Shown here piece after piece: positions 1 through 10,450 of a stretch of 64,000 nt of DNA. The DNA is taken from contig JANQOE010000004.1 of the NCBI GenBank assembly GCA_028279245.1, forward strand, positions 31,724 through 95,723, read 5' to 3'. Within the stretch, counting starts at the first letter, position 1; each line of letters starts with the position of its first letter. A model generated the notes under the pieces. It was not told the origin of the DNA, searched no databases, and was given only the letters and a program-made list of their open reading frames with translations. The translations under genes and the position numbers were made by a program. Source of the stretch: Alphaproteobacteria bacterium. Lineage in GTDB: Bacteria > Pseudomonadota > Alphaproteobacteria > UBA6615.

Positions 1-709
1 TGAATTCAACAACATGTTGGTGCCGATGATCGGTTTGACCGAGCTGGTTGCCGAAGAATTGGAGGATGGAACACCGGAGAAGGAAAACCTGAATGCGGTG
101 CTGGAGGCCGGGGAGCGGGCGAAGGACCTTGTCTCGAAGATCCTGCAATTCAGTCGGCAGGAAGAAGAACATGATGCGGCTGACATCGACTTCATCGAGG
201 TTTGGCATGGGGTCAGACAGCTTCTGCAGTCGACGCTGCCCTCCACCATCGAACTGCGTGAGTCGATAGATCTGGAACATGCCGTCGTCCATGCGGACAG
301 GACGGAGATGCACCAGGTCATACTGAATGTGATTGGGAATGCCGCCGACGCGATTGGGCCATCGAAGGGGTTGATCGAGTTTGGAATGGCTCTCGAAGCT
401 CGCGAACACGCGTTCGCGACGCGATATCAACCGGTGCCGGCTGGTCGCTACCTGAGAGTTTGGATCGAGGATGACGGTGGCGGCATTGATGAGGATACGC
501 TGACCCGGATCTTCGACCCCTTCTTTACGACGAAAGAGGTCGGGGAGGGGACCGGCATGGGTTTGGCGGTCGTGCACGCGATCATCACGCGCATTGGCGG
601 CGCGGTTGATGTGCATAGCGAGAAGGGAAAGGGGACCCGGTTCGATTTCTTCGTACCGCTGGCCGGTCAGGCATCAGCGGAGTTCCCCCTGGCTGCTGCG
701 GCTTACTGA
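1..709 (+). CDS. Sensor histidine kinase, C-terminal part (HisKA end + HATPase_c), 5'-truncated by window edge
   Basis: Frame reads EFNNML at the window start (H-box HEFNN type). Contains N-box QVILNVIGNAADA, G1 DDGGGI, F-box IFDPFFTTK and G2 GTGMGL. Confidence 0.9.
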   Translation, partial: EFNNMLVPMIGLTELVAEELEDGTPEKENLNAVLEAGERAKDLVSKILQFSRQEEEHDAADIDFIEVWHGVRQLLQSTLPSTIELRESIDLEHAVVHADRTEMHQVILNVIGNAADAIGPSKGLIEFGMALEAREHAFATRYQPVPAGRYLRVWIEDDGGGIDEDTLTRIFDPFFTTKEVGEGTGMGLAVVHAIITRIGGAVDVHSEKGKGTRFDFFVPLAGQASAEFPLAAAAY

Positions 710-721
710 AGGAGTCTTCTG

Positions 722-1096
722 ATGGCACAGGTCCTCATAATCGACGACGAAGACATGGTTCGCATGGTGTTGCGACAGACACTTGAGAAGGCAGGCCACG
801 GCGTGACCGAGGCATCGAATGGCGCCAAGGGAATCGCGGCGATGAAGGACAAGAAGTTCGACCTGGTCATCACGGATATCGTGATGCCGGAGAAGGAGGG
901 TGTTGAAACGATCGTGCAGGTGCGGCTCGACAACCCGAAATTGCCGATTATCGCCATATCCGGCGGTGGCCGCATCGGTCCGGCGGACTATCTGGAAGCG
1001 GCGCGGCAACTTGGCGCCAACCATGTCTTCGCGAAGCCATTTGACCGGAAGGAGCTACTGGCAACGGTCGAAGCATGCGTCGCGGAGACCGCCTAA
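722..1096 (+). CDS. Single-domain response regulator receiver
   Basis: VLIIDD, DLVITDIVMP phosphoacceptor and KPF motif. SD GAAGGAG upstream; follows the kinase. Confidence 0.9.
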   Translation: MAQVLIIDDEDMVRMVLRQTLEKAGHGVTEASNGAKGIAAMKDKKFDLVITDIVMPEKEGVETIVQVRLDNPKLPIIAISGGGRIGPADYLEAARQLGANHVFAKPFDRKELLATVEACVAETA

Positions 1097-1105
1097 GGGC
1101 AGGTG

Positions 1106-2383
1106 ATGGCGCGCTGGCCAGGACTCGCATGGATTGGCGAACTGCTCTGCCGCTTGGCGGGGATCGAACCCGACCAGGATTCGGTTGACGACACGCCATC
1201 ACTGACTGCCCCAGAGTCGCTGGAAGAGATCTTGCTGGGTGAGGTTGGGGGCCACTCCTCCGATCGCTTTGTTCGGCGCATGGTGGTGCTGCATTTCGCG
1301 CCGATCCTTGAATCATGTGGCAGTCGTCGCGACCGGGTCGTGACCGTCATCGACAGCCTGGCCCAACGCGCGTTCGCCGAACGACTGGCGGAACAGGACC
1401 AACATGCGTGGGTCGCCGAAGCGCTGGTGCTCCGGTTGGCGGAAGACGGAAAGCATGATCCTGTCGAACGGGCCGTCAACGCGGTGTTCGACCTTGCGCA
1501 GCGGCTCTTGGGGTCGGACTTCGACCCGGCGGTGTTGCCGGCCCGGCTCCTGGTCGAGCAGGCTGGGGCAGCCGTTTTCGTCGATCTGTGGCCGGACAAG
1601 GTGGCGCAGGCGCGGTTGCGCAACCTGCTGGCGCAGCCGCGCGACGTTGGCGCGGACCCATCTTCGATCAGCTTCGCGTTTCGGCCGCTCTGGACGATCG
1701 ATAACAAGACGATCCAAGCCGCCATCTGCGTCCCGGTGATGGGTGGCGTTGATCTCACCGCCGATAAGGTCGAGATGGCCGCGCCCGAGGCTGCGGCGAT
1801 TGACGCGCATACTGCCGCCCAGGTTTGTGCGACATTGGAGGGTACGGCCGCCGCCGATTGGCTGGTAGGACTGCCGATACATCAGTCGACCCTGTTTGAT
1901 GGGTCACTGCGCGAAAAAGCGCTGGCTTCGTATCTAGACCTTGATGCCAGCGCTCAAGAACGCGTCCTCTTGGAGGTCGTCGGCATTGCGGCCGGCTGTT
2001 CGCGCATGAAACTGAAGACCGCGCTTGAAGCGGTGCGCGGCGCATCGCATTCGCTCTACGCTCGCTTCCATGTCTCGGAGTCCGATTTCTCCGACTTGGC
2101 GGACGCCGGTTTCAATACCGTCGGGACCGATGTCTCGCTGAGCCAGCGGGCCGAAGCCGAACTCCTGCCAATGATGACGGATTTTGCGAAGCGGGCCGAT
2201 GATGCTGGGCTGGGGTCCTATGTGCAGGGTGTCAGTACGGTGAGCCTAAAGACGGGTGCCGCCAGCGCCGGTTTCGGGACGATATCCGGCGACGTTGAGA
2301 GCGATCCGGCGAACTTGGCCAATGCTGCTTACCCATTGTCCCCGGAAGCGCTCTACGGCCGCAGTCTGACCGAAACCGCCTAG
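1106..2383 (+). CDS. Hypothetical protein with probable degenerate EAL-like C-terminal domain
   Basis: 425-aa ORF 9 nt after the receiver gene. FAFRPLW, AAIDA, LPIHQSTL, LLEVVG and YVQGV segments follow EAL barrel order, but there is no EAL or DDFGTG motif. Confidence 0.55.
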   Translation: MARWPGLAWIGELLCRLAGIEPDQDSVDDTPSLTAPESLEEILLGEVGGHSSDRFVRRMVVLHFAPILESCGSRRDRVVTVIDSLAQRAFAERLAEQDQHAWVAEALVLRLAEDGKHDPVERAVNAVFDLAQRLLGSDFDPAVLPARLLVEQAGAAVFVDLWPDKVAQARLRNLLAQPRDVGADPSSISFAFRPLWTIDNKTIQAAICVPVMGGVDLTADKVEMAAPEAAAIDAHTAAQVCATLEGTAAADWLVGLPIHQSTLFDGSLREKALASYLDLDASAQERVLLEVVGIAAGCSRMKLKTALEAVRGASHSLYARFHVSESDFSDLADAGFNTVGTDVSLSQRAEAELLPMMTDFAKRADDAGLGSYVQGVSTVSLKTGAASAGFGTISGDVESDPANLANAAYPLSPEALYGRSLTETA

Positions 2384-2510
2384 CCGGCGGACTCTTCGGC
2401 TGGCCGCAGGTCCGCAGGCTGCCGAGATGCCGCCAACCTGGCTGGTCTCCCCGCGCCGGCCAAGCTATAAGCCCGGCTTACTGCGATTATCATGGACTGG
2501 AAGCGAGATC

Positions 2511-3389
2511 TTGCCTCTCGCCAGTATGACAGCATTTGGGCGCGCCAGCGGCGGGGACACGCAGTTGGCCTGGGCCTGGGAGGTCCGCAGCGTTAACGGC
2601 CGCTCGCTTGAGGTGAGGGTCCGGCTTCCAGCCGGACTGGACAGCCTGGAGCCTGCGACGCGGACCGCCGTCAAGGACCGGTTCAGGCGCGGCAATGTCA
2701 ACTGTGTTTTGACCGTGGATAAGCAACCGGGGACCGACAGCTACACGGTCAACCAGGCCTTGCTGGAACATGTGCTTGGGCTTCAGCAGCAGCTCGGTGC
2801 CCGTGTTAGTCAAGATCCGCCCCGGATCGAGGCGCTGCTCGGTTTGCGCGGAATGGTCGAGGTTGCTGAAGGCGCACTTGTCGATCCGGAACGAGAGGGC
2901 GCGGTTCTCGCCACTCTTGGGGAGGCCCTTGAGAGCGTCGCCGCCGTGCGTTTGGAAGAGGGCGGCCGGCTCGCGGAAGTGCTCGGCGGCCAGTTGGAGC
3001 GCATGGGAGCGTTAACCGCTGACGCGAAGGCGGCGGCAGGGGCGCAAGTCCCGTTTCTCAAGGAGCGCCTGCGATCGCGGGTCAATGAACTGCTGGAGAG
3101 CGAGGCGTCAGTTTCGGAGGAACGGCTGGTGCAAGAGCTGGCGGTGCTGGCAACCAAGGCGGACGTGACCGAAGAGCTTGATCGCTTAGACGCGCATGTC
3201 GAGGCGGCGCGGACCCTTATCGAGGCTGGCGGCACGGTCGGCCGACGACTGGACTTTCTGTGCCAGGAGTTGAACCGGGAGGCGAACACGCTCTGTTCCA
3301 AATCGGCCGAGGTCACGCTGACACGGGTCGGTCTCGAGTTGAAGGCGGTGATTGAGCAACTGCGCGAACAGGCGCAGAATCTGGAGTGA
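2511..3389 (+). CDS. yicC: YicC/YloC family endoribonuclease
   Basis: SMTAFGR, WEVRSVNGRSLE, KADVTEELDRL, GRRLDFLCQELNREANTLCSK, REQAQNLE. Start is TTG 2511 or ATG 2526. Confidence 0.93.
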   Translation: MPLASMTAFGRASGGDTQLAWAWEVRSVNGRSLEVRVRLPAGLDSLEPATRTAVKDRFRRGNVNCVLTVDKQPGTDSYTVNQALLEHVLGLQQQLGARVSQDPPRIEALLGLRGMVEVAEGALVDPEREGAVLATLGEALESVAAVRLEEGGRLAEVLGGQLERMGALTADAKAAAGAQVPFLKERLRSRVNELLESEASVSEERLVQELAVLATKADVTEELDRLDAHVEAARTLIEAGGTVGRRLDFLCQELNREANTLCSKSAEVTLTRVGLELKAVIEQLREQAQNLE

Positions 3390-3402
3390 GGGCGCGTCCG
3401 CG

Positions 3403-4041
3403 GTGAATAGTCTGCAAATCCAACGGCGCGGCTTGATGTTGGTACTCTCGTCGCCCTCGGGGGCTGGGAAGACATCCATATCGCGCGCGTTGCTCGACGC
3501 TGAAGACAATCTCAACCTGTCGATTTCGGTCACCACGCGCCCGAAACGCCCTGGCGAAACTGAGGGCCGCGACTACTACTTCGTTGATCCGACCGAGTTC
3601 AACCTGATGGTGAACCGGCAAGAGTTACTCGAATACGCGAAAGTCTTCGGTCACTACTACGGGACGCCCCGTTCAGCGGTCGAGGATGCGTTGTCTGCCG
3701 GACGCGATGTCCTGTTCGACATTGACTGGCAGGGAACGCAGCAGCTCGCCGAAAAAGCACGCGACGACCTGGTCAGCGTGTTCATTCTGCCGCCATCGAC
3801 GGCTGAATTAGAACGGCGGCTGCATACGCGGGCCCAGGACAGCGAGGAAGTGATCGGTCAACGCATGGCCAGGGCTGCCGACGAAATCACCCACTGGTCC
3901 GAGTATCAGTTCGTCGTCATCAATCAAGACTTTGAGGATAGCGTTGCCCGGGTGCGGGCAATTCTGAAATCCGAGCGTTTGCGGCGGACCCGACAGGTTG
4001 GGCTTGCCAACTTCGTCAAACGGTTGCGGGAGCTGCAGTAG
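3403..4041 (+). CDS. gmk: Guanylate kinase
   Basis: P-loop SSPSGAGKT, SVTTRPKRPGE, YYGT, DIDWQG, FILPPS. Confidence 0.97.
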   Translation: MNSLQIQRRGLMLVLSSPSGAGKTSISRALLDAEDNLNLSISVTTRPKRPGETEGRDYYFVDPTEFNLMVNRQELLEYAKVFGHYYGTPRSAVEDALSAGRDVLFDIDWQGTQQLAEKARDDLVSVFILPPSTAELERRLHTRAQDSEEVIGQRMARAADEITHWSEYQFVVINQDFEDSVARVRAILKSERLRRTRQVGLANFVKRLRELQ

Positions 4042-4867
4042 CGACGGCTTCAGCCAGCCGGCAGAAGTCTGCGACGGACAGGTTCTCGGCGCGCTGGGTC
4101 GCGTCGATACCGGCGCGTTTCGTGATCTGCTCCACGTCGCCAAGTTGACGAAGGCTGCTGCGCAGCATTTTTCGGCGCTGGCCAAATGCAGCGGCGGTCA
4201 CGCGCTCCAGCATTGGCCTCGATGCTGGATATCTTGGTTTCGACAGAGTGACCAGTCGAACGACCGATGAGGTGACCTTCGGTGGCGGCGTGAACGCGCG
4301 GGCTGAGATATCGAACAGATGGCTGGCGTCGCAGAGCCATTGGGTCAGGACCGAGAGCCGCCCATAGGCCTTTTCGTGCGGGTTGGCAGTAAGCCGTTGC
4401 GCGACCTCGGTTTGGAACATGAGAGTCATTTTCTCGACGTCGCCTGGCTGTTGCAGCCAATTCAGCAGCAACTGGGTCGCGATGTTGTAGGGCAAGTTGG
4501 CAACGATCTGCCGCGGCGGCGGGCCAAGATCAGCAAGGTCTTGGTCAAGGGCATCGGCTTCGATCACCTTCAGCCTGTCTGGATACGCGGTCATCAGGTC
4601 GGCCAGCGCGCCAATACAACGTTTGTCTCGCTCGACCGCCACGACCTGGGCCGCGTCGGTTTCCAGTAGGGCGCGGGTCAGGCCACCGGGGCCGGGGCCG
4701 ATTTCGATAACGGTGCGGCCAGACAGATCGCCTGGCGTTCGCGCAATCCGCCGCGTGAGGTTGAGATCGAGCAGGAAGTGTTGACCCAGTCCGCGCCGTG
4801 CGCTCAGGCCATGTCGGGAAATGACCTCGCGGAGCGGCGGCAGATCCGTCGGACTACCGTGGGTCAC
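4016..4867 (-). CDS. rsmA: 16S rRNA adenine dimethyltransferase RsmA/KsgA
   Basis: LGQHFL, EIGPGPGGLT, ANLPYNI, AFTPPPKV, FGQRRKMLR. GTG start overlaps the pdxA end. Confidence 0.96.
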   Translation of the reverse strand: MTHGSPTDLPPLREVISRHGLSARRGLGQHFLLDLNLTRRIARTPGDLSGRTVIEIGPGPGGLTRALLETDAAQVVAVERDKRCIGALADLMTAYPDRLKVIEADALDQDLADLGPPPRQIVANLPYNIATQLLLNWLQQPGDVEKMTLMFQTEVAQRLTANPHEKAYGRLSVLTQWLCDASHLFDISARAFTPPPKVTSSVVRLVTLSKPRYPASRPMLERVTAAAFGQRRKMLRSSLRQLGDVEQITKRAGIDATQRAENLSVADFCRLAEAVATAAPATV

Positions 4868-5873
4868 GGCGGGTCTGCTCGACCATGCGGGCGGCGAGGT
4901 TGAGTGCCGCCAAGAGACTTGCCGGATTTGCCTTGCCTTTTCCGGCGATGTCCTCGGCGGTGCCATGATCGGGCGAGGTTCGAACAATCGGCAGACCGAG
5001 GGTCACATTGACACCCTCGTCGAAATTGACGGTCTTGAGCGGGATCAGTGCCTGGTCGTGGTACATGCAGATCACGGCGTCATAGCGCTTTCTCGCTGCC
5101 GCATGGAACAACGAGTCGGCGGGGTAGGGGCCGCTTGCATCGATCCCAGCCGCTTGCAGCCTTTTCACGGCGGGTGCGATAACATCAAACTCCTCGCGGC
5201 CGATGGCGCCGGCCTCACCGGCGTGCGGATTGAGACCAGCCACCGCCAAGCGTGGCGCCCGTATCCCGAATTGTCTTTGTAGCCCCTCTGCGGTGGTCGT
5301 CCCTGCACGAACAATCGTGTCGGCGGAAACAGCCTTGGCGACTTCCGCCAATGGTACATGGACTGTGATGGGCACAACGCGCAGCTCATCGACGGAGAGC
5401 ATCATGACCGGGTGGTCGACGCGGCACAGTTGGGCGATGTACTCCGTGTGACCCGGCGCCGTGAAGCCCGTGTCGTAGAGTACCTTCTTGTTGATCGGAT
5501 TGGTCACCATCGCACGGGTTTGACCATCCCGTGTCAGCGCGAGAGCCGTGTCGATCGAAGCGACGACTGCTGGACCGTTGTCTGGGGAAGGGCGTCCCAA
5601 GTTGACCGGCGCGCCAAGCGGCTGGTGGATGACCGGCAGCGCTTGTGGCCAAGTCCGCTCGGCCCCCATGGGATCATCAACCTTCCTCACACTGACGTCG
5701 AGTTGCAGGTGTTCGGCTTGGCGCCCTACCTCCTCGCTGTCACCAACCAAGACGAACATTGGCGTTCGTTGGTCGCGAGCCTGCCAGGCCTTGATCGCGA
5801 TCTCGATACCAATGCCGGCTGGGTCGCCCATCGTGAGAGCGATCGGGGCACCGGTACGTGCCGACGGCGTCAA
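4854..5873 (-). CDS. pdxA: 4-hydroxythreonine-4-phosphate dehydrogenase
   Basis: TMGDPAGIG, PGHTE, GLNPHAGE, MYHDQ, RTSPDHGTA. Confidence 0.97.
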   Translation of the reverse strand: MTPSARTGAPIALTMGDPAGIGIEIAIKAWQARDQRTPMFVLVGDSEEVGRQAEHLQLDVSVRKVDDPMGAERTWPQALPVIHQPLGAPVNLGRPSPDNGPAVVASIDTALALTRDGQTRAMVTNPINKKVLYDTGFTAPGHTEYIAQLCRVDHPVMMLSVDELRVVPITVHVPLAEVAKAVSADTIVRAGTTTAEGLQRQFGIRAPRLAVAGLNPHAGEAGAIGREEFDVIAPAVKRLQAAGIDASGPYPADSLFHAAARKRYDAVICMYHDQALIPLKTVNFDEGVNVTLGLPIVRTSPDHGTAEDIAGKGKANPASLLAALNLAARMVEQTRRDPR

Positions 5874-5876
5874 GGA

Positions 5877-7130
5877 TCAGATCCGGATGTCGACGATGGC
5901 GGCGCGGCGAAGGTCTCGGAGGTATCGGCGCGAGAGCATATCCACACGTTCCCGCACCAACGTTTCGCGGATCGTCTCGCGCGGCGGCAGGCCAGTGCTG
6001 TCGTCGCGGTCGCAGATCATCACCAGCTGGACCCCGGCAGGCGTCACCAATGGCTCGCTGGTCTGGCCGACCGGCAGGTTTTGCGCCAGATCGCGTAACC
6101 GCTCGTTCAGGTCGCCGATCCGGATGCGCGTTGGCTCGTCAGGCTGTGGAACACCAAGTTCGGCGGCCGTTTCGGCGAAGGCCGGGCACCCATCTATAGA
6201 TGCCAGGGTTGGTTCGGTGGCCTCAAGCTTGGCGCTCGCTTCCGACTCCAGCGGTACCAGGATTTGCCGGAGGGCAACTTCGATCTCGTTGCGGTCGCTG
6301 CCGGCGCTGATGCGATCTTCGATGACTGCAAGGATCAGAAAGCCATCTTGGGTTTCGATCGGGCCGGCGAGCTGCCCCGGACTGAGTTTCGTCAGGATTT
6401 CATCTAATTCCGGGTCGAGTTGTCCTGGCTGGATCCACCCAATGTCGCCGCCGCTGGCCGCGCTGGCGCTTTGGCTGAACTGATTAGCTACGCGGCCGAA
6501 GGAAGCGCCTTCGCGGATCTGCCGCACGAGATTCTCAGCCAGCTCACGGATCTCGGCGGTCTCGGCAGGGTCGTCGATGGGGAGGCGGATTTCCGCTACG
6601 CGCGTCTCCCGCTGTCCGCGGGTCGATGAGATACGGGTGAGGACGGTGTCGATCTCCTCGTCACCGATCTCCACCGTGGGTTGGACGCGTCTGGCGAGAA
6701 ACTTTTCCCAGATGAGCTGAGCCCGCACCTGCTGCTCCACCGCACCCCGGGAGAGCCCGGACTCAGCAATGAACCGGTCGAATTGGCCTGGCGGGATGTT
6801 GTTGTTTTGCTCCAACTGGGCAATGGCCTGTTCCATATCCCGATCGGTGACCCGCACATTTTGCCGCTCGGCTTCCTGGACGCGCAGGCGCTCGTCGATC
6901 AGGCGGCGCAGAATGTTGGGCGCGATCCGGCGTTGCTGTTCCTGAGTTGGTTCCACGTTGGATGACGACAGCACCAGTTGGATGCGCTGTGAGAGGTCGT
7001 AGATCGAGATGACCTCGTCGTTCACCACCGCTGCGATGCGCTGCACCTCTTGCGCGGATGCAACCCAAGGGATTACCCCCATAAGGGCTGTCAGGACTAC
7101 TAGTCGGCCGAGAGAACGGAAACTCATCAT
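5877..7130 (-). CDS. surA: SurA-type periplasmic chaperone / peptidyl-prolyl isomerase
   Basis: Signal peptide, IAAVVNDEVIS, parvulin motif GGDIGW, RRYLRDLRRAAIVDIR. Located between lptD and pdxA. Confidence 0.9.
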   Translation of the reverse strand: MMSFRSLGRLVVLTALMGVIPWVASAQEVQRIAAVVNDEVISIYDLSQRIQLVLSSSNVEPTQEQQRRIAPNILRRLIDERLRVQEAERQNVRVTDRDMEQAIAQLEQNNNIPPGQFDRFIAESGLSRGAVEQQVRAQLIWEKFLARRVQPTVEIGDEEIDTVLTRISSTRGQRETRVAEIRLPIDDPAETAEIRELAENLVRQIREGASFGRVANQFSQSASAASGGDIGWIQPGQLDPELDEILTKLSPGQLAGPIETQDGFLILAVIEDRISAGSDRNEIEVALRQILVPLESEASAKLEATEPTLASIDGCPAFAETAAELGVPQPDEPTRIRIGDLNERLRDLAQNLPVGQTSEPLVTPAGVQLVMICDRDDSTGLPPRETIRETLVRERVDMLSRRYLRDLRRAAIVDIRI

Positions 7131-7199
7131 GGTGTGAGCGTCACGGTCTATCCTATTGTTTCGACGTAACAATAGCGCGAGCGCGCCGCCTCGAACAGT

Positions 7200-9344
7200 C
7201 TAGAAAATGCGGTTCTGGAGTGTTCCAAGGTTCTTGAAGTCCACACGGACATAGAACTCGTCTGCCGGGGTTATCTCCCGGTCTTCAAAAGCACGGCGGC
7301 GGTATTCCGCCGTAAAGATGAGGCAGTCGCAGGTGTAAGTGACCGATGCTCCCCAGGTCCGCGTATCGTCCTGCTTCAGATCACGCAAAATATCGAAGGA
7401 GGCCGACCATTGGTCGGTAATGCGGGATCGAAGCCGCAGGGATATCTCCTCGCGCTTGTCCGCAAACTCGTCGTCCTGGTCAAAGAAGAGGTAATTGGTC
7501 GTCAGGTTCAAGGCTGGCGGGCCGACCCGAAGCAGGAGTTCATTGCGCCGGAACGCGAAGCTGTCTTTGTCCAGCCTGGTCTTATAGACGAGGCTCCCAA
7601 GGCGGTTTGGCGTAATCTGGAGACGTCCAACATAGTCGGAGAAGTGATCGTTTAGGCCGCTGTTGTCCGGAAACGTACTATCGTTGCGGAACTGATACGA
7701 TTGGCCGAAGGCTGCGGACGCCGACGCGCCTCCCACATGGAACAATCCAGTCCGCAAGCCATAGGCGACCCGCTGACCACCTTCAACACGGTCCCGGCCA
7801 ACGAACCGGCTTCGCTTGAACAGGTTCGTCTCGTCAAATTCGAATATCCGGCTGTCCTCGTTCGGTATCTCTTCCGGATTGCCTCCATTGGGTGCGGCGA
7901 CCAGCTGCAGGACCGGCTCAACAAGCTGGCTGAACCGGGCGCCACTGCGCACCAACGGATAGCGCCAGCCGAGTGAGACTTGCGGAAAAATCCGGCCCGT
8001 TACGCCTGAGAATTCGTCGCCATCCGTTTGGGCGACCGAAGATACGCTGTAGATGTCCGCTTGGAGGCTCGCCTCAAACTCAAATAACCCGCCGATCGGA
8101 TCGATGAACGGCAGTCGCCATGCGCCCGTTCCTGACAGACGGCGGCTGTCCGTTCCACTGGGCCGGGTCAGCACGAAGTTCTCGCTACTGAACAGCCATT
8201 GGCTGCCGTTGGCGGCAGGCTCACTGGATATGAAGTAATCGAGTTTTGGCGCGACGATTGGGATCTGATCCTGGTCGTCCGCTGCCCGCAATCCTTGAAA
8301 GTACAGGCCTTCGGCCCGCGCATAGTCGCGGCCGCGAAAGCCTTCGGCGAAGGCCCGGCTGGTGAGGCTATTGCTCGAGTCGATGTTGTACTGCCGTAGG
8401 AAGGTCTCGTCGGAGGTCAGTTCGATGTCCGCTCCGGCACGCCACACGTCGCTGAGGTCAAACCGTACTGCTGTGTCGGTGAAGGTGCGCGGTTGATCAT
8501 CGCCACCGAAATCGTCGACTGTCGCTCCGACTTTGGCGCGCAGCGATCCCTTGTCGAAAGCCTGTCGGTACTCGGCGATGCCGAGGACGGTCTGCTTGGT
8601 CGTGAATGTGGGATCGAACGTAATGTCTTTATCGTCGGTGACGGCCCAGAAATACGGGGTGTTGAGAGTCGTGCCGAGATCGCTGGATACCCCCACCGAT
8701 GGCGTAAGGAACCCGGAGCGCCGCTTCACTGTCGGATCGGGATGGCGGAAATAGGGTGTGTAAAAGACTGGGATGCCGGCGATCTCCATCCGCGCGTTTC
8801 GGTATTCGACGTCGCGGGTTTCCTGGTTATGGATGACTCGGGTCGCCTTGATGCGCCAGAGCGGCACCTGTTGCGGCCCAACGCATTCGCGGCAAGGCGA
8901 ATAGACAGCGCGGTTTAGCTGCGTCTCGACCCCACCAAATCGCTGAGCGTTTACACCGGCAAGTCGTGAGTCATCTTGCAGCAACATGCGGAACTCGCGG
9001 ATGAATCCTTCCTTCAGGTCATCTGTTAGTTCCACGAACTCGGCGAATATGACCTCGCCGGATGGCTCCATCAGAACGACACCGCCCGAAGCCGAGACGA
9101 CATTTGTACGCTGGTTGAAGGTTAGCGAGTCCGCTAGCAGAACCCGGTCGCCTTGGGTGATCTCAACGTTGCCGCTTGCTGTCGCAAGGTCCAGGTCTTC
9201 ATTGAAGGTGAGTTCGTCGGCCGTCAGCAGAACTGGTTCGTCGGTTTGCGGCAGCGTTACATCTTGGGCGTTAGCATGGCCGGCAAGCAATGCAAACCCG
9301 ACTGCGCAAACTTGGAAGACCTTCCTGGTCCACGTCGCTGCCAT
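7200..9344 (-). CDS. lptD: LPS-assembly outer-membrane protein LptD
   Basis: Signal peptide, OstA-like N domain, YSPC..C, PDPTVKRRSGFL, PNEDS, C-terminal CDC; conserved synteny. Confidence 0.95.
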   Translation of the reverse strand: MAATWTRKVFQVCAVGFALLAGHANAQDVTLPQTDEPVLLTADELTFNEDLDLATASGNVEITQGDRVLLADSLTFNQRTNVVSASGGVVLMEPSGEVIFAEFVELTDDLKEGFIREFRMLLQDDSRLAGVNAQRFGGVETQLNRAVYSPCRECVGPQQVPLWRIKATRVIHNQETRDVEYRNARMEIAGIPVFYTPYFRHPDPTVKRRSGFLTPSVGVSSDLGTTLNTPYFWAVTDDKDITFDPTFTTKQTVLGIAEYRQAFDKGSLRAKVGATVDDFGGDDQPRTFTDTAVRFDLSDVWRAGADIELTSDETFLRQYNIDSSNSLTSRAFAEGFRGRDYARAEGLYFQGLRAADDQDQIPIVAPKLDYFISSEPAANGSQWLFSSENFVLTRPSGTDSRRLSGTGAWRLPFIDPIGGLFEFEASLQADIYSVSSVAQTDGDEFSGVTGRIFPQVSLGWRYPLVRSGARFSQLVEPVLQLVAAPNGGNPEEIPNEDSRIFEFDETNLFKRSRFVGRDRVEGGQRVAYGLRTGLFHVGGASASAAFGQSYQFRNDSTFPDNSGLNDHFSDYVGRLQITPNRLGSLVYKTRLDKDSFAFRRNELLLRVGPPALNLTTNYLFFDQDDEFADKREEISLRLRSRITDQWSASFDILRDLKQDDTRTWGASVTYTCDCLIFTAEYRRRAFEDREITPADEFYVRVDFKNLGTLQNRIF

Positions 9345-9348
9345 CTAC

Positions 9349-10446
9349 CTAGCCGTCCTCAAGGTGCATTAGAGCTGATATCCCAAACGCGAGGCTGACA
9401 CCCGCCGGTACCCACGCCGCCATCGGGATGGGTATGCTGCCGCCCACACCAAGAGCATGCACTAGGTTGGTCAGTATGTAGAGGCCGAATCCTGTGGTTA
9501 TTCCTGCAGCCATGAGGAGCGCGGTACCGCCGCGGCGTGTCAGCCGCAGGGAGAAGATCGCTGCGATCATTACCATGGCGACCAACAACAATGGTTCCGC
9601 GATCAACGCGTGCCAGCGAAGACGGTGCGCGTCACTCGAAAACCCGGTCGCCTCTAGCGCGCGGATGAAGCGCTGCAGTTGCCAAAAGGGCACTGTCTCA
9701 GGACTGGCGAAACTGTCTTGGATGCGTTCGGCGGTCAGCGATGTGTCAAGGTCGCGTCGCTCAAAGAAACTACCGGGGCGGTCCGGTCCGGTGAGCCATG
9801 CCTTGCGGAACTCCCAACTCCCTTGCCGCAGGTAGGCATCCTCCGCATCGATGCGCCCGACGAAACGGTCACGATCTTCGAACAAGAAGACGATGGTGTC
9901 TTTGAAATGCATGTCTTCCGGGTTGACCTGGCTGGCGTGGATGACTGCTTCCGTGCCGTCGTCGTTGACCTCTCGCAGCCACACGCCGGAAGACGATACG
10001 GCGAGCAGCGAGGACGTTCCGGTTAAGACCTGACCTTCGATCGTTTCGAACTTGCCGAGCATGACGGCGGCGGCGGTGTTCAGGACGGTGACCTTAACCA
10101 CGCCGACGAGCAGCGCAACTGCCAGTGCCGGGGTCAGGAACTGCCAGACCGACAAACCGGACGCGCGTGCCACGACCAATTCATTGCTCTTGGTTAGTCG
10201 CAGCAGGCTGAGGATTGCGGCGAACAGGATTGCAAATGGCGTGACTTCTTGGGCCAAATGTGGGGCTCGCAGAAGCGCCATTTGCAGGACGATTGCAGCA
10301 CTGGCTGCTTCTTTGCCGGAGGCACGGCGCAGCAATTCCACGGTGTCTACAAGAAGGATTATACCGATGACCGAGAAGTAGGTTACCGCGATCCACACCA
10401 GATAATGGCGTGCGAAGTAGAAGAAGAGCGTTCGCGATCCCGTCAT
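9349..10446 (-). CDS. lptG: LPS export ABC transporter permease LptG
   Basis: LTKSNELVVARASGLSVWQ motif, 6 TM segments, periplasmic jellyroll domain; conserved synteny. Confidence 0.92.
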   Translation of the reverse strand: MTGSRTLFFYFARHYLVWIAVTYFSVIGIILLVDTVELLRRASGKEAASAAIVLQMALLRAPHLAQEVTPFAILFAAILSLLRLTKSNELVVARASGLSVWQFLTPALAVALLVGVVKVTVLNTAAAVMLGKFETIEGQVLTGTSSLLAVSSSGVWLREVNDDGTEAVIHASQVNPEDMHFKDTIVFLFEDRDRFVGRIDAEDAYLRQGSWEFRKAWLTGPDRPGSFFERRDLDTSLTAERIQDSFASPETVPFWQLQRFIRALEATGFSSDAHRLRWHALIAEPLLLVAMVMIAAIFSLRLTRRGGTALLMAAGITTGFGLYILTNLVHALGVGGSIPIPMAAWVPAGVSLAFGISALMHLEDG

Positions 10447-10450
10447 GTGG

